DNA of 64,000 nucleotides from an uncultured virus (IMG/VR IMGVR_UViG_3300032286_001748) (Duplodnaviria > Heunggongvirae > Uroviricota > Caudoviricetes). A program made the translations under genes and the position numbers. Each line of letters opens with the position of its first letter. Within the stretch, counting starts at the first letter, position 1. Below, piece after piece: positions 36,123 through 44,010 of the stretch. Below the pieces are notes generated by a model that saw nothing but the letters and a program-made list of their open reading frames with translations, searched no databases and was not told the DNA's origin. The stretch lies in the IMG/VR virus record IMGVR_UViG_3300032286_001748. One strand, 5' to 3'.

Positions 36123-36973
36123 GCGGACTCCGGATCCAGAAGTGCTTCCCTCGACCATCCTTCCTGCCACGCCGCGAGCGCCTCGGTGGAATCGAGGCGG
36201 CAACTGTCGTACGCGCGTCCGCTCCGGTGTGCCGCGCGGCCGAGTTCGACCCACTCCGCGTGGGCGTGTGCAGATTCGCAGAGATCTGCCTTCGGGTCCG
36301 CGCCCAGTCGGAACACGCCCTTCGTGAACGGATGCGCGAGCTTGTTCTTGACGACCGTGGCGAGGACGCCCCGCTCGTCCGGGCGAAGGATGACCCGGAC
36401 GGACGCGTAGTATTTCAAGGCGTTCCCGCCCGCGGCGACCTCGTGGGGGCCGAAGGTGACCCCGGTCTTCACCCGGAGCGTGTTCGTGAACAGCACCGTG
36501 GTCTGAGTCTGCTCCGCGAGCGGGACGAGCGTGCGGATGATCTTGGACATCCGGCGGGAAAGCGGGTCGGCCGCGTCCTCGCTCGAGCCCAGCCCAGCCA
36601 CGGAGTCCACGACGACCAGGGGGACCGCGCCGCTTCGGATCATGGCCTCCACGATGTCGAGCGCCTGCTCTCCGTGGTCGGGCTGCGCGAGGATCATCCG
36701 GCGCAGGTGGACCCCGTGCGCCTCTGCCCAGGCGGGATCGAACCGGCCATCGGCGTCCACGAACATCGCCTGCGCCCCACGCGCCTGTACGGCCGCGACC
36801 GCGTGGAGCGCGAGGGTGGTCTTCCCGACCGACGCGGGGCCCAGCACCTCAACGAGGCGGCCCAGCGGCCAGCCGCCGATGCCGAGCGCCGTGTCGAGCG
36901 CCGGGACGCCGGTTGAGATCACAGGGGTGGGCTCCGGAGGAGCGACGGGTGCTTCGGGGGGCGCGTATTCCAT
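36119..36973 (-). CDS. recA: divergent RecA-family protein
   Basis: ISTGVPALDTALGIGGWPLGRLVEVLGPASVGKTTL, VVVDSVA, GGNALKYYASVR, VVKNK. Confidence 0.9.
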   Translation of the reverse strand: MEYAPPEAPVAPPEPTPVISTGVPALDTALGIGGWPLGRLVEVLGPASVGKTTLALHAVAAVQARGAQAMFVDADGRFDPAWAEAHGVHLRRMILAQPDHGEQALDIVEAMIRSGAVPLVVVDSVAGLGSSEDAADPLSRRMSKIIRTLVPLAEQTQTTVLFTNTLRVKTGVTFGPHEVAAGGNALKYYASVRVILRPDERGVLATVVKNKLAHPFTKGVFRLGADPKADLCESAHAHAEWVELGRAAHRSGRAYDSCRLDSTEALAAWQEGWSREALLDPESA

Positions 36974-36990
36974 ACGGTCTCCAAGAGGAG

Positions 36991-37018
36991 CCCCTATCCC
37001 GTACTTGTCATCCGTCAA
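36991..37018 (-). promoter_or_regulatory. putative recA promoter, recurrent motif
   Basis: TTGACG-ga-TGACAA...16 nt...TAGGGG, then GGAG RBS. Confidence 0.55.
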
Positions 37019-37503
37019 GTTTGGTACGGGCTCTCCTCCCGGTAGCGTCGGATCTCTGCCGCCGTCCACGGCCCCTTGCCCCAGGTGAAGGGCCGCACCC
37101 GGATCGGGATGCGGTTCATCCGCGCGGCATGGGCGCGGTGGTGGCCGTCCTCAATGGCGACGTAGTCGCGGCCGAGGTCGGCGTCCGTGAGCGGGCGCGA
37201 CCAGGCCAACTCATGCTCAAACCCACCCTCCTCGGCGTCCCGGTAGTTCTGGAGATCTCCCTCGTCCACCGTTCCGATCTGCCCGGAGATGGGCGGGAAC
37301 CGGCCCCACCCACCTGCCCGCTTCATGGAGGCCGCGTAGCGGTCCACCTGATCGAAGTCGGTGGCGTTGTAGCCGGACTCGCGGAAGAGGTCGGAGGCGA
37401 TCTCAATGTATGCGGGGGTGCGCGCGGCGCTCCCCCGCTTCCCCACGGCCGCCCCCACGGCGAGGGCGCCCACGGCCCCCAGCGTCCACCCCACCCCGCT
37501 CAT
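37015..37503 (-). CDS. tagged ParB/Srx-like protein
   Basis: Tag MSGVGWTLGAVGALAVGAAVGKRGSAA; FPPI..IEDGHHRAHAA. Confidence 0.72.
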   Translation of the reverse strand: MSGVGWTLGAVGALAVGAAVGKRGSAARTPAYIEIASDLFRESGYNATDFDQVDRYAASMKRAGGWGRFPPISGQIGTVDEGDLQNYRDAEEGGFEHELAWSRPLTDADLGRDYVAIEDGHHRAHAARMNRIPIRVRPFTWGKGPWTAAEIRRYREESPYQT

Positions 37504-39068
37504 CGCGCCGCCCCCACATTCACCACCCCGCCCGACCAGCCGACCGTGAGCGGCAGCTCGTGGAGGCGGGGCTGGTCGGCCCGGAGGCTGCGCGGCGCGA
37601 CGAGCGCTTTGTGCAGGCGCGCTCCCAGCCGCTGCGCCTCGGCCTCGGTGCGGGCCGCGGGCGCGTACACGAACCAGCCGGGGACCGCCCCGCGCACATA
37701 CCGCTGCACGAGGAGGACCCGCTCGTCCACGCCCTCCGGCCACGCCCGGAACAGGTCGCTGGCGTCGATGGTCTCGGGCAGCGCACCCGCCGCCGCCTCG
37801 AACGCGCGCCGCGCCCGCGTCTCAGGAGAGGCCTGCGGTTCGGGCTCGTCCTCGAAGAAGTCGAAGTCGAGCGCGCGGCTCCCGCGCCGCGCCCGGCTCT
37901 TCCCCTGCTCCCCGTCCAGCGTGAAGATCCACTCGATCCCGCTGTGGGTGAGCCAGTAGGCGGGGACGCCCCGGTAGGTGCCCTTGTCGTAGCCGACGTG
38001 CCAGTCGCGCGAGATGGAGAAGTCGCGGTCGTAGCCCAGCGACTTCTGGACCCACTTCCACTGCTCCGGCCCGATGGCCCGCGCGAAGGTCGCGCGGCTC
38101 ACCCCGGTGGCCGTCTCCTTCATCGCGGAGATGTCCTCGTAGGTCGAGCCGATGCAGTTCGTGACGAAGCGGTAACGGCCCATCCCGGACTCCACGCGCG
38201 CCGCCGACCCCTTCCCCCACTCCGCGCGCTGGGCTCGGATCTTCGCAAGCTCCCGCTCGTGGTAGGCGAGGGCCTCGCGCTTCTCGGCCAGCGCCCGCGC
38301 GTACCCGGGCCCCCACCCGCCGCGCGGCTCCATGCCTGCGATCTCCTCCTTGCGGCGGGCGATGCCCCGCTGGAGCTGGGCGATCTGGTTGTCCAGCTCC
38401 GCGGGCGTGAAGACCATGGCCGACCCCTCCCGCACCCCCGCCACCCGCGCCGCGCGCGCCTCCCCGTGCGCCGCGAGCCGGGCGCCGAGCTGCTGCATGT
38501 ACGCGCGCCGCCCCTCGCGCACGGCGTTGCGCCACGCCGGGTACAGCCCGCTCTCCGCAAAGTGGAGCTTCCCGCGGCTCACCTCGAAGATCGACCCGTC
38601 CTGCCCCACGCCGAGGTAGCCGATCTCCGCGGGGAAGTAGACGCGCACCCCGAGGCCAGGCTTCGTCCAGATCCGGAGCTGGCTGGGCCCGCCCGCGGCG
38701 CGGATCGCAGCGACGAGGGCCTCGGCGCTCTCGAGCGCGAAGGTGCGGTCGAGCGCGGAGGCCGCGTCCCCGGCCGCGCGCTCCCGCTGCATCGCGCGGT
38801 AGTGGGCCGCGTCCGCCCTCGCCTCCTCCACCCGCTGGGCGAGGTGGGCGAGCCACTCCTCCCAGTCCGGATCGTCCGTGATCTCCTTCCGCCGGGCCGC
38901 GTCGAGCTTGGCCTGGCGGGCATCCACCTCGGCGTCGAGCCGGGCCTGCTCTGCCGCGACGGCGGCGGCGCGCGCGGCCGTCTCCGAGGTCGCGGCGCTC
39001 CCGCGCCGGGCCGCGCCCAGGACGGCGAGGCCCGCGACGAGGCCCAAGGTGAGCGTGGATCCGTTCAT
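37500..39068 (-). CDS. tagged multidomain protein, domains unrecognised
   Basis: Tag MNGSTLTLGLVAGLAVLGAARRGSAA; internal EGSAM, KGSAAR and RRGSRA junctions. Confidence 0.75.
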   Translation of the reverse strand: MNGSTLTLGLVAGLAVLGAARRGSAATSETAARAAAVAAEQARLDAEVDARQAKLDAARRKEITDDPDWEEWLAHLAQRVEEARADAAHYRAMQRERAAGDAASALDRTFALESAEALVAAIRAAGGPSQLRIWTKPGLGVRVYFPAEIGYLGVGQDGSIFEVSRGKLHFAESGLYPAWRNAVREGRRAYMQQLGARLAAHGEARAARVAGVREGSAMVFTPAELDNQIAQLQRGIARRKEEIAGMEPRGGWGPGYARALAEKREALAYHERELAKIRAQRAEWGKGSAARVESGMGRYRFVTNCIGSTYEDISAMKETATGVSRATFARAIGPEQWKWVQKSLGYDRDFSISRDWHVGYDKGTYRGVPAYWLTHSGIEWIFTLDGEQGKSRARRGSRALDFDFFEDEPEPQASPETRARRAFEAAAGALPETIDASDLFRAWPEGVDERVLLVQRYVRGAVPGWFVYAPAARTEAEAQRLGARLHKALVAPRSLRADQPRLHELPLTVGWSGGVVNVGAAR

Positions 39069-39460
39069 CCGCTCACCCTGCGCCGACGCAGCAGCTCCCG
39101 CGTCTCCAGCGGGGTCAGGTCCCTCCGCAGGACGGCCTCGATCTCCCGCGTCAGGCGCCCGTCCTCCCAGCGCGCGATCCATGCGTCTGGCGCGTCGTGG
39201 TCGGAGGTCCAGTCCTCAATCTCCCGCTCGACGGTCTCCACGCTCTGGCGGATCTCCTCGTCCCAGTCGGGGAACAGGCCCGTCATGCGCGCGTCGAGGC
39301 GGGCCTTCTCGTCCAGCAGCGAGAGCAGCGGCGCGTAGGGCCAGTCCTGTACGAGGGTGAGGTCGATCTGCTGCGCGCGGCTGGACGAGCCGCGCTTCAC
39401 GCGGCCTGCGGCGGCGAGCAGGGCGACCGCGCCGAGCGCGAGGGGGAGTCCATTGTTCAT
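39065..39460 (-). CDS. tagged small protein
   Basis: Tag MNNGLPLALGAVALLAAAGRVKRGSSSRA. Confidence 0.75.
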   Translation of the reverse strand: MNNGLPLALGAVALLAAAGRVKRGSSSRAQQIDLTLVQDWPYAPLLSLLDEKARLDARMTGLFPDWDEEIRQSVETVEREIEDWTSDHDAPDAWIARWEDGRLTREIEAVLRRDLTPLETRELLRRRRVSG

Positions 39461-39909
39461 CGAGGCACCGGGGAGGGAGGGCGGGGACGCCGACGCGGGG
39501 CGTCCGGATGCGTGTACCGCCAGAGGAGAGCGGCGAGCGCTCCTCCCCCTACCACGGTTGCGCCCACCCGGGCACGTTGCGCGAACGTGCGGCCCCCGAG
39601 GGTCGTGGCCGCGAACAGGCTCGTGTACCACAGGATGTCCCACCCGTAGTAGTTCGCGGCCTGCGCGGCCCAGTAGGACCCCGGCGAGAGCGAGCCGCCC
39701 TTCTCCCGGAGCTGCGCCTCGCCCCAGAAGAAGCCGATGTCGGTGGGGGTGGGGATGGCGTCCAGAACGGCGATGCCGAGGAACGCCGCCGGGACGAGGG
39801 ACGCCCCCTCCGGGCGCGCCGCGAGCGCCTGCACGTCCGAGACGAGGGTGCGCTCGGGTGCGGGCGTGGGGGCGGGGGCGACCAGCGCGCCGAGGAGATC
39901 GAGGGCCAT
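39457..39909 (-). CDS. membrane protein
   Basis: Several hydrophobic segments; ATG 39909. Confidence 0.6.
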   Translation of the reverse strand: MALDLLGALVAPAPTPAPERTLVSDVQALAARPEGASLVPAAFLGIAVLDAIPTPTDIGFFWGEAQLREKGGSLSPGSYWAAQAANYYGWDILWYTSLFAATTLGGRTFAQRARVGATVVGGGALAALLWRYTHPDAPRRRPRPPSPVPR

Positions 39910-39917
39910 GCCCCTCG

Positions 39918-40511
39918 CTAACCCGGAGGAGCGGAAACGGATCGAAAGGTGAGGTTCACGCGAATCCCGACCGGGGTGGGGCTCTTGGGGATCTGATGCG
40001 CCCACGCCGTCTGCACCTCGGGCGCCATGACGAGCAGATCTCCCGCGTGCAGCAGCATCCGCTGCGAGGGGCAGAAGTCCGGCGCGATCGGTCGCACGTC
40101 AAAGGCGCGTGTCGCTCCGAAGCTCAACGAGGCCACGGCCGCCGTCGCGCCGACCGGGTAATCGTCATCGCTGTGCCAGCTCACGCTGTCGTTGCCGTCC
40201 GCGTAGCGGTTGCAGAGGACGGCGTTGAACGCGTACCCCGTCGCGTCACAGACCCGCTGGAGCAGCGACTGGAGCAGCGGCGGGAGGGGCCGGGCGGGGT
40301 GGGAGATCTGGCTGTAGGTGTACGGGCTCGGCCCGTACCACGCCACCTGGCGCGGGACGCGGACGGAGCGCCCGTACAGGTGCATGCGGTGCCCCTCCCA
40401 CGGGATCGTCGCATCGAGCCACGCCAGGAGGGTCGCCGCCTCGTCGGCCGGGAGGAACGAGGAGAGCTGGAACCCGGGCGGCAGCGTCCGGTCGGGGAAG
40501 AGCGCGTTCAT
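39918..40511 (-). CDS. alkB: AlkB-family 2OG-Fe(II) dioxygenase
   Basis: PRQVAWYG, NAVLCNRYADGNDSVSWHSDD, SLSFGATR, WAHQIPK, RVNLTFR. Confidence 0.92.
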   Translation of the reverse strand: MNALFPDRTLPPGFQLSSFLPADEAATLLAWLDATIPWEGHRMHLYGRSVRVPRQVAWYGPSPYTYSQISHPARPLPPLLQSLLQRVCDATGYAFNAVLCNRYADGNDSVSWHSDDDYPVGATAAVASLSFGATRAFDVRPIAPDFCPSQRMLLHAGDLLVMAPEVQTAWAHQIPKSPTPVGIRVNLTFRSVSAPPG

Positions 40512-41053
40512 GGGGTGTGTCCCGTGGGGGGCTGGAGGAGTGCGGCCACCTGTTGCTGGCGCGCCTCGGCTTCTGCGAGCTTCGTGTGGCCGGCTGCGAT
40601 CTGGCGCTCCCCCTCCTCCCGGAGCCGGAGCACCTCCCCGAGGAGCCGATGGGCCGCGCGCACGGGGTCCTCCTCGGACGGCGGCTCCGCCACCGTCACG
40701 GTCCCCTCCGCGCGCCGCCGGAGCGTGTTCCGATCGACCCCATGCCTCCGCGCGACGACCCGCAGGGGCTCGCCCGCGCGCACCTCGTCCACCGCCGCCG
40801 CGGGGACCGCGCTCGGCCGGCGCCCCACATGCGTCCCCGCCTCCCGCGCCGCCTCAATCCCCGCTTGGATCTTCGCGCGCCGCTCGGCGGCGTCCTCCAC
40901 CGTGATGGCGACGAGGGGCGGGGGGCGGTCGAGCACCTTCTTCTCGGCCTCGAGCAGCGCGCGGTGCCGCGCGCAGACGTCCATCGTCCCGTCCGGGGTG
41001 CGAACGGAGGAGGTGAAGGTCGCGCGACAGCCGGTGTGGGCGCAGGGGTGCAT
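40508..41053 (-). CDS. Zn-finger plus resolvase-type HTH protein
   Basis: CAHTGC..CARH; IQAGIEAAREAGTHVGRRP..LRVVARRHGVDRNTLRR. Confidence 0.65.
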   Translation of the reverse strand: MHPCAHTGCRATFTSSVRTPDGTMDVCARHRALLEAEKKVLDRPPPLVAITVEDAAERRAKIQAGIEAAREAGTHVGRRPSAVPAAAVDEVRAGEPLRVVARRHGVDRNTLRRRAEGTVTVAEPPSEEDPVRAAHRLLGEVLRLREEGERQIAAGHTKLAEAEARQQQVAALLQPPTGHTP

Positions 41054-41259
41054 CAGGGGGCCTCGGGGGGCGGCAGGACGGCGCCGGCCTTTACCCACCT
41101 CGCCCACTCCTGGGCCGTCAGGGTGTGGGGGTAGCCGTCCGCATCGCGAACCGTCACCGTGCGGGACGAGATGCCCACCACGCGGAGCGTTGTGCCCGAC
41201 GCAGTGGAGATCTGATCTCCGACCACAGGATCGGTGGCGACCGATCGGGCCGGGCTCAT
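41053..41259 (-). CDS. small hypothetical protein
   Basis: Coupled overlaps; MSPARSVATDP. Confidence 0.5.
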   Translation of the reverse strand: MSPARSVATDPVVGDQISTASGTTLRVVGISSRTVTVRDADGYPHTLTAQEWARWVKAGAVLPPPEAP

Positions 41260-41717
41260 GCGCGCGCCTCGGCGCGCAGCGCCTGCAGGCGGGCCTGCAC
41301 CCGCTTGGCTACCGTTTTCGGGAGCGGCTGCTCCAGCGCGTCCCGGCACTGGCGCTCCGTGAAGTGCGCGAGCACCTTCACGTACGCGCGAACGGTGCGC
41401 GGGTAGGTGCGCGCCGAGAAGGGCTCGGGGGCGGTTCCGATGAAGGGATCGACCGGTCGCGTCCTCCCCTCCAGCCGGTCCACCACGGCAGCCTCCGCGG
41501 CCTTGCGCTCCACCGCCATCTGGCGGCGCACGCCCTCCCGGTCGGGCGCGTCGTGCAGGAGCGTGGTCCCGAAGCGGCGCCCGCCCCAGGTGTCCGTGTT
41601 CACGCGCCACACGCGCGGGGCGCGGGTCGGATGGAAGCGCGAGCGCGTCTTCACCCGCGCGATGTGGAGGTCGTCGTCCTGCGCGAGGGAGATCACCGTC
41701 CCATAGAACGCGTTCAC
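41256..41717 (-). CDS. hypothetical protein
   Basis: GTG 41717 with GGAGG RBS. Confidence 0.55.
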   Translation of the reverse strand: MNAFYGTVISLAQDDDLHIARVKTRSRFHPTRAPRVWRVNTDTWGGRRFGTTLLHDAPDREGVRRQMAVERKAAEAAVVDRLEGRTRPVDPFIGTAPEPFSARTYPRTVRAYVKVLAHFTERQCRDALEQPLPKTVAKRVQARLQALRAEARA

Positions 41718-42082
41718 GCGCCCTCCTTGGACGCGTCTGCCTCCCGCACGGGGAGGGCAGAGGCCCACGGCGCGAGGTGGGGGCACACGGCATCCGAGAG
41801 CAGGATGCCGTGCCGGCAGAAGTCGAGCAGATCGGGCTCCTCGATCCACGCGCCCCCGGCGAACCACGCGGGCCGCGTCGTCGCGGGGTCGGTCGGATCG
41901 CGCCACGCCGCGTCGAACGCGGCGAGCTGGACGACCGAGAGGTACACCCCCTTCGCGTCCATCAGGGCCCACACCTGCCCGACCCGGAAGCCGGGGAACG
42001 GACGCGGCTCCGCGTTGAGGCGCACGCCGAGGCCGGGGTACGCCGCGTGCAGCGCATCCGGAAGAGCCCGTGTCCCCCTCAT
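41714..42082 (-). CDS. hypothetical protein
   Basis: ATGA overlap; FRVGQVW motif. Confidence 0.55.
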   Translation of the reverse strand: MRGTRALPDALHAAYPGLGVRLNAEPRPFPGFRVGQVWALMDAKGVYLSVVQLAAFDAAWRDPTDPATTRPAWFAGGAWIEEPDLLDFCRHGILLSDAVCPHLAPWASALPVREADASKEGA

Positions 42083-42327
42083 TCGCAGGCCCGAACAGGC
42101 ATGGGCGCCGCCTCTGGAGCCTGCGCGGCGCGCAGCTCCCAATACGCGGCCCGGAGCTGCGCGTTCTCCTCCCGGACCTGCTTCAGCGCGGCGAGGCCCT
42201 CGCGGACGCGGGCCCGGATCGCCTCCCGGTCGGTCGGATCTTCGATGGCGCGCCATGCGAGCCGGCGGAACGCCGACGTGGCGGTGTCGATGGCGGGACA
42301 GGTGTGGCCGGGGAGACGAGTGCTCAC
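42079..42327 (-). CDS. small hypothetical protein
   Basis: PGHTCPAID...LKQVREENAQLR. Confidence 0.6.
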   Translation of the reverse strand: MSTRLPGHTCPAIDTATSAFRRLAWRAIEDPTDREAIRARVREGLAALKQVREENAQLRAAYWELRAAQAPEAAPMPVRACE

Positions 42328-42821
42328 AGGTCCTCCGCGGCCTTCTGGGCGGCCGCCTTGCGCGCGGCGGCGGCGGCCCTCTGCAGGCCCATCTGAACCA
42401 GCAGGACGGAGCCCTGGCTGGAGTACCGGTTGTAGCTCCAGACGCCCGAGGTCTCTCCGCGCGCCGACCCCATGACGTTCCAGAACCCGTCCGCGAGCGC
42501 GGACGTATCGCCCTCCCGCTTCGTCTGGTAGGGGACGTCCCAGGCCTCAAAGACCGTCTCAAACACGGTCTGGCACGCAGTGAACCCGTTGCACTCGACG
42601 CTCACGCCCCAGTAGTAGCCCTCCTCCACCCGGTAGCGAACCGTGACGGCCGCGTCTCCCACGGTCTGGGCACAGGCCCACGCGACCGTGGGCTCTGGCG
42701 CCTGCGTGCAGTGCTGGGACGGGGGCTCGGCCAGCACCGTGGCGAGCCCGTAGGGCGTCCCGCGCCACGCGCGGGAGAGGTCGCCCGCCAGCGCGGACGA
42801 GAGGAGGAGGAGAGAGATCAT
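42324..42821 (-). CDS. putative secreted protein
   Basis: Signal MISLLLLSSALAG; own promoter. Confidence 0.7.
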   Translation of the reverse strand: MISLLLLSSALAGDLSRAWRGTPYGLATVLAEPPSQHCTQAPEPTVAWACAQTVGDAAVTVRYRVEEGYYWGVSVECNGFTACQTVFETVFEAWDVPYQTKREGDTSALADGFWNVMGSARGETSGVWSYNRYSSQGSVLLVQMGLQRAAAAARKAAAQKAAEDL

Positions 42822-42839
42822 CGGGGCTCCGGGAGAGGG

Positions 42840-42867
42840 GGACTAACGCGATACTGTCCGCTGACAA
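42840..42867 (-). promoter_or_regulatory. putative promoter, recurrent motif
   Basis: TTGTCA-gc-GGACAG-tatcgcgt-TAGTCC; near twin of the ssb promoter. Confidence 0.6.
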
Positions 42868-42886
42868 GTAGGCCGGTGTGAAACGA

Positions 42887-43276
42887 TCAGCGCGTGCCGT
42901 CGTCCTCGGGCGGCGTCGAGGGCACGTCCTTGGCCTCGGCGCCGCGGTGCCTCCCATTGAGCCAGAGCACGCGGTCGACGACGAGGTTCACCTCGTAGTG
43001 GGCGACGTTGTCCTTGTCCGTCCACTTGTTCGGGCGGAGGGAGCACTCCACCGCGAGCCCGTCGCCCTTCTTCGCGTAGGCGCCGATGAAGGTGGCGTTC
43101 GCGTCGAACAGGGTCAGCCGGTGCCAGTCCGGGGTGTCCACCCACTCCTCGCCCACCTTGCGCCTGTGCGGGGTGGCGAGCGAGAGCTTGACGAGCTGCC
43201 GGCCGTTGGCCGTGGTTCGGATCTCCGGATCTTGTCCGATGTGGCCGATGAGATACGCCTTGTTCAAGCCGTGCAT
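42887..43276 (-). CDS. ssb: single-stranded DNA-binding protein
   Basis: LNKAYLIGHIGQDPEIR, LSLAT, DWHRL, KKGD..VE. Confidence 0.93.
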   Translation of the reverse strand: MHGLNKAYLIGHIGQDPEIRTTANGRQLVKLSLATPHRRKVGEEWVDTPDWHRLTLFDANATFIGAYAKKGDGLAVECSLRPNKWTDKDNVAHYEVNLVVDRVLWLNGRHRGAEAKDVPSTPPEDDGTR

Positions 43277-43298
43277 GAAGACCTCGTAGGGAGAGGGG

Positions 43299-43326
43299 AG
43301 TCTAACGCGATCCTGTCAGTTGACAC
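43299..43326 (-). promoter_or_regulatory. putative ssb promoter, recurrent motif
   Basis: GTGTCA-ac-TGACAGG-atcgcgt-TAGACT. Confidence 0.6.
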
Positions 43327-43327
43327 G

Positions 43328-43618
43328 TCATCCAGCGCGGAAGGAGGCAAGAACGACGCCCGTGTCGCTCCGCTCCGCCGCGCCGAGCAGCGTGACCTCC
43401 ACCTCGTCCGGGTGGGAGGCCCAGGTGGGGGAGCGGTGCTCGGGGCGGGTCCATGCGGCGTCGTCCCACTCGGCCGGCACGCGCCAGCGCGCGCCGTTCC
43501 ACCGCTGCTCACCGTCCGGATGGATCGTCCGGGCCGTCTCGGCGTCGGGCGCGCGGACGACGGCGCTGGAGTAGGTGTCGTAGCCGAGGCGGCCGGCGTG
43601 GAGGAGGTAGAGGTTCAT
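43328..43618 (-). CDS. phage hypothetical protein
   Basis: MNLYLL..GYDTYSSAVVRAPDAETARTIHP...VVLASFRAG. Confidence 0.7.
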   Translation of the reverse strand: MNLYLLHAGRLGYDTYSSAVVRAPDAETARTIHPDGEQRWNGARWRVPAEWDDAAWTRPEHRSPTWASHPDEVEVTLLGAAERSDTGVVLASFRAG

Positions 43619-44010
43619 CCTTCCCCCGTGTAGGTGGCCGAGCAGGAATTGCACCTGTAGTGAAGGGGGACGTCGCGGCTCTCGCGGAACACGTTTCCGC
43701 CGCAGTCGCAGCGGAAGCTCCTGGGGTTGCCAGGCAAGAAGACCATCTTGTCCGTGTCTCCCCACCGCTCTGAGGGGCGGTTCGTGAGGGGGGCCCAGTG
43801 GGTCGGTTCCCACCCGTAGTCCGAGAGCGGAGTGTCTCCGATCTGCAGCCAGCGGATCGGGCCCCCGCGCGCGGGCCGGAAGGCCTCGTAGCGACGGCCG
43901 ACCGTCACGAAGCTGGGCGTCGAGGTGTACCCGCTGTCCCCCGTGAGGAGCACGAACTGCTCGTCGGGCGGGAGGCGGTCGGAGAGGGAGATCCAGTCGA
44001 TGCGGGTCAC
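43615..44010 (-). CDS. DUF551-like protein with C-terminal Zn ribbon
   Basis: WISLSDRLP..PTHWAPL; CDCGG..CNSC. Confidence 0.65.
   Translation of the reverse strand: MTRIDWISLSDRLPPDEQFVLLTGDSGYTSTPSFVTVGRRYEAFRPARGGPIRWLQIGDTPLSDYGWEPTHWAPLTNRPSERWGDTDKMVFLPGNPRSFRCDCGGNVFRESRDVPLHYRCNSCSATYTGEG

Noticed and set aside
14083..39460. Repeated tag DNA as a CRISPR array or integron cassette array
   Set aside because: Repeats are in-frame coding, degenerate at codon level and spaced by whole genes; genes overlap leaving no room for attC sites; no cas or integron integrase seen
14083..39460. Tag as a Sec/Tat/lipoprotein signal, prepilin leader or RiPP leader
   Set aside because: Basic residues follow rather than precede the helix; no twin-Arg n-region, lipobox Cys or G|FxxxE site; payloads are large cytoplasmic-type enzymes. 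Not excluded without SignalP
40508..41053. Serine recombinase/transposon
   Set aside because: Only the C-terminal arm and HTH resemble resolvases; no catalytic domain or terminal repeats seen
39357..42881. 1174-aa plus-strand ORF
   Set aside because: Antisense shadow of AlkB and other coupled minus-strand genes; Arg/Pro/Ala-rich, as expected in high-GC DNA
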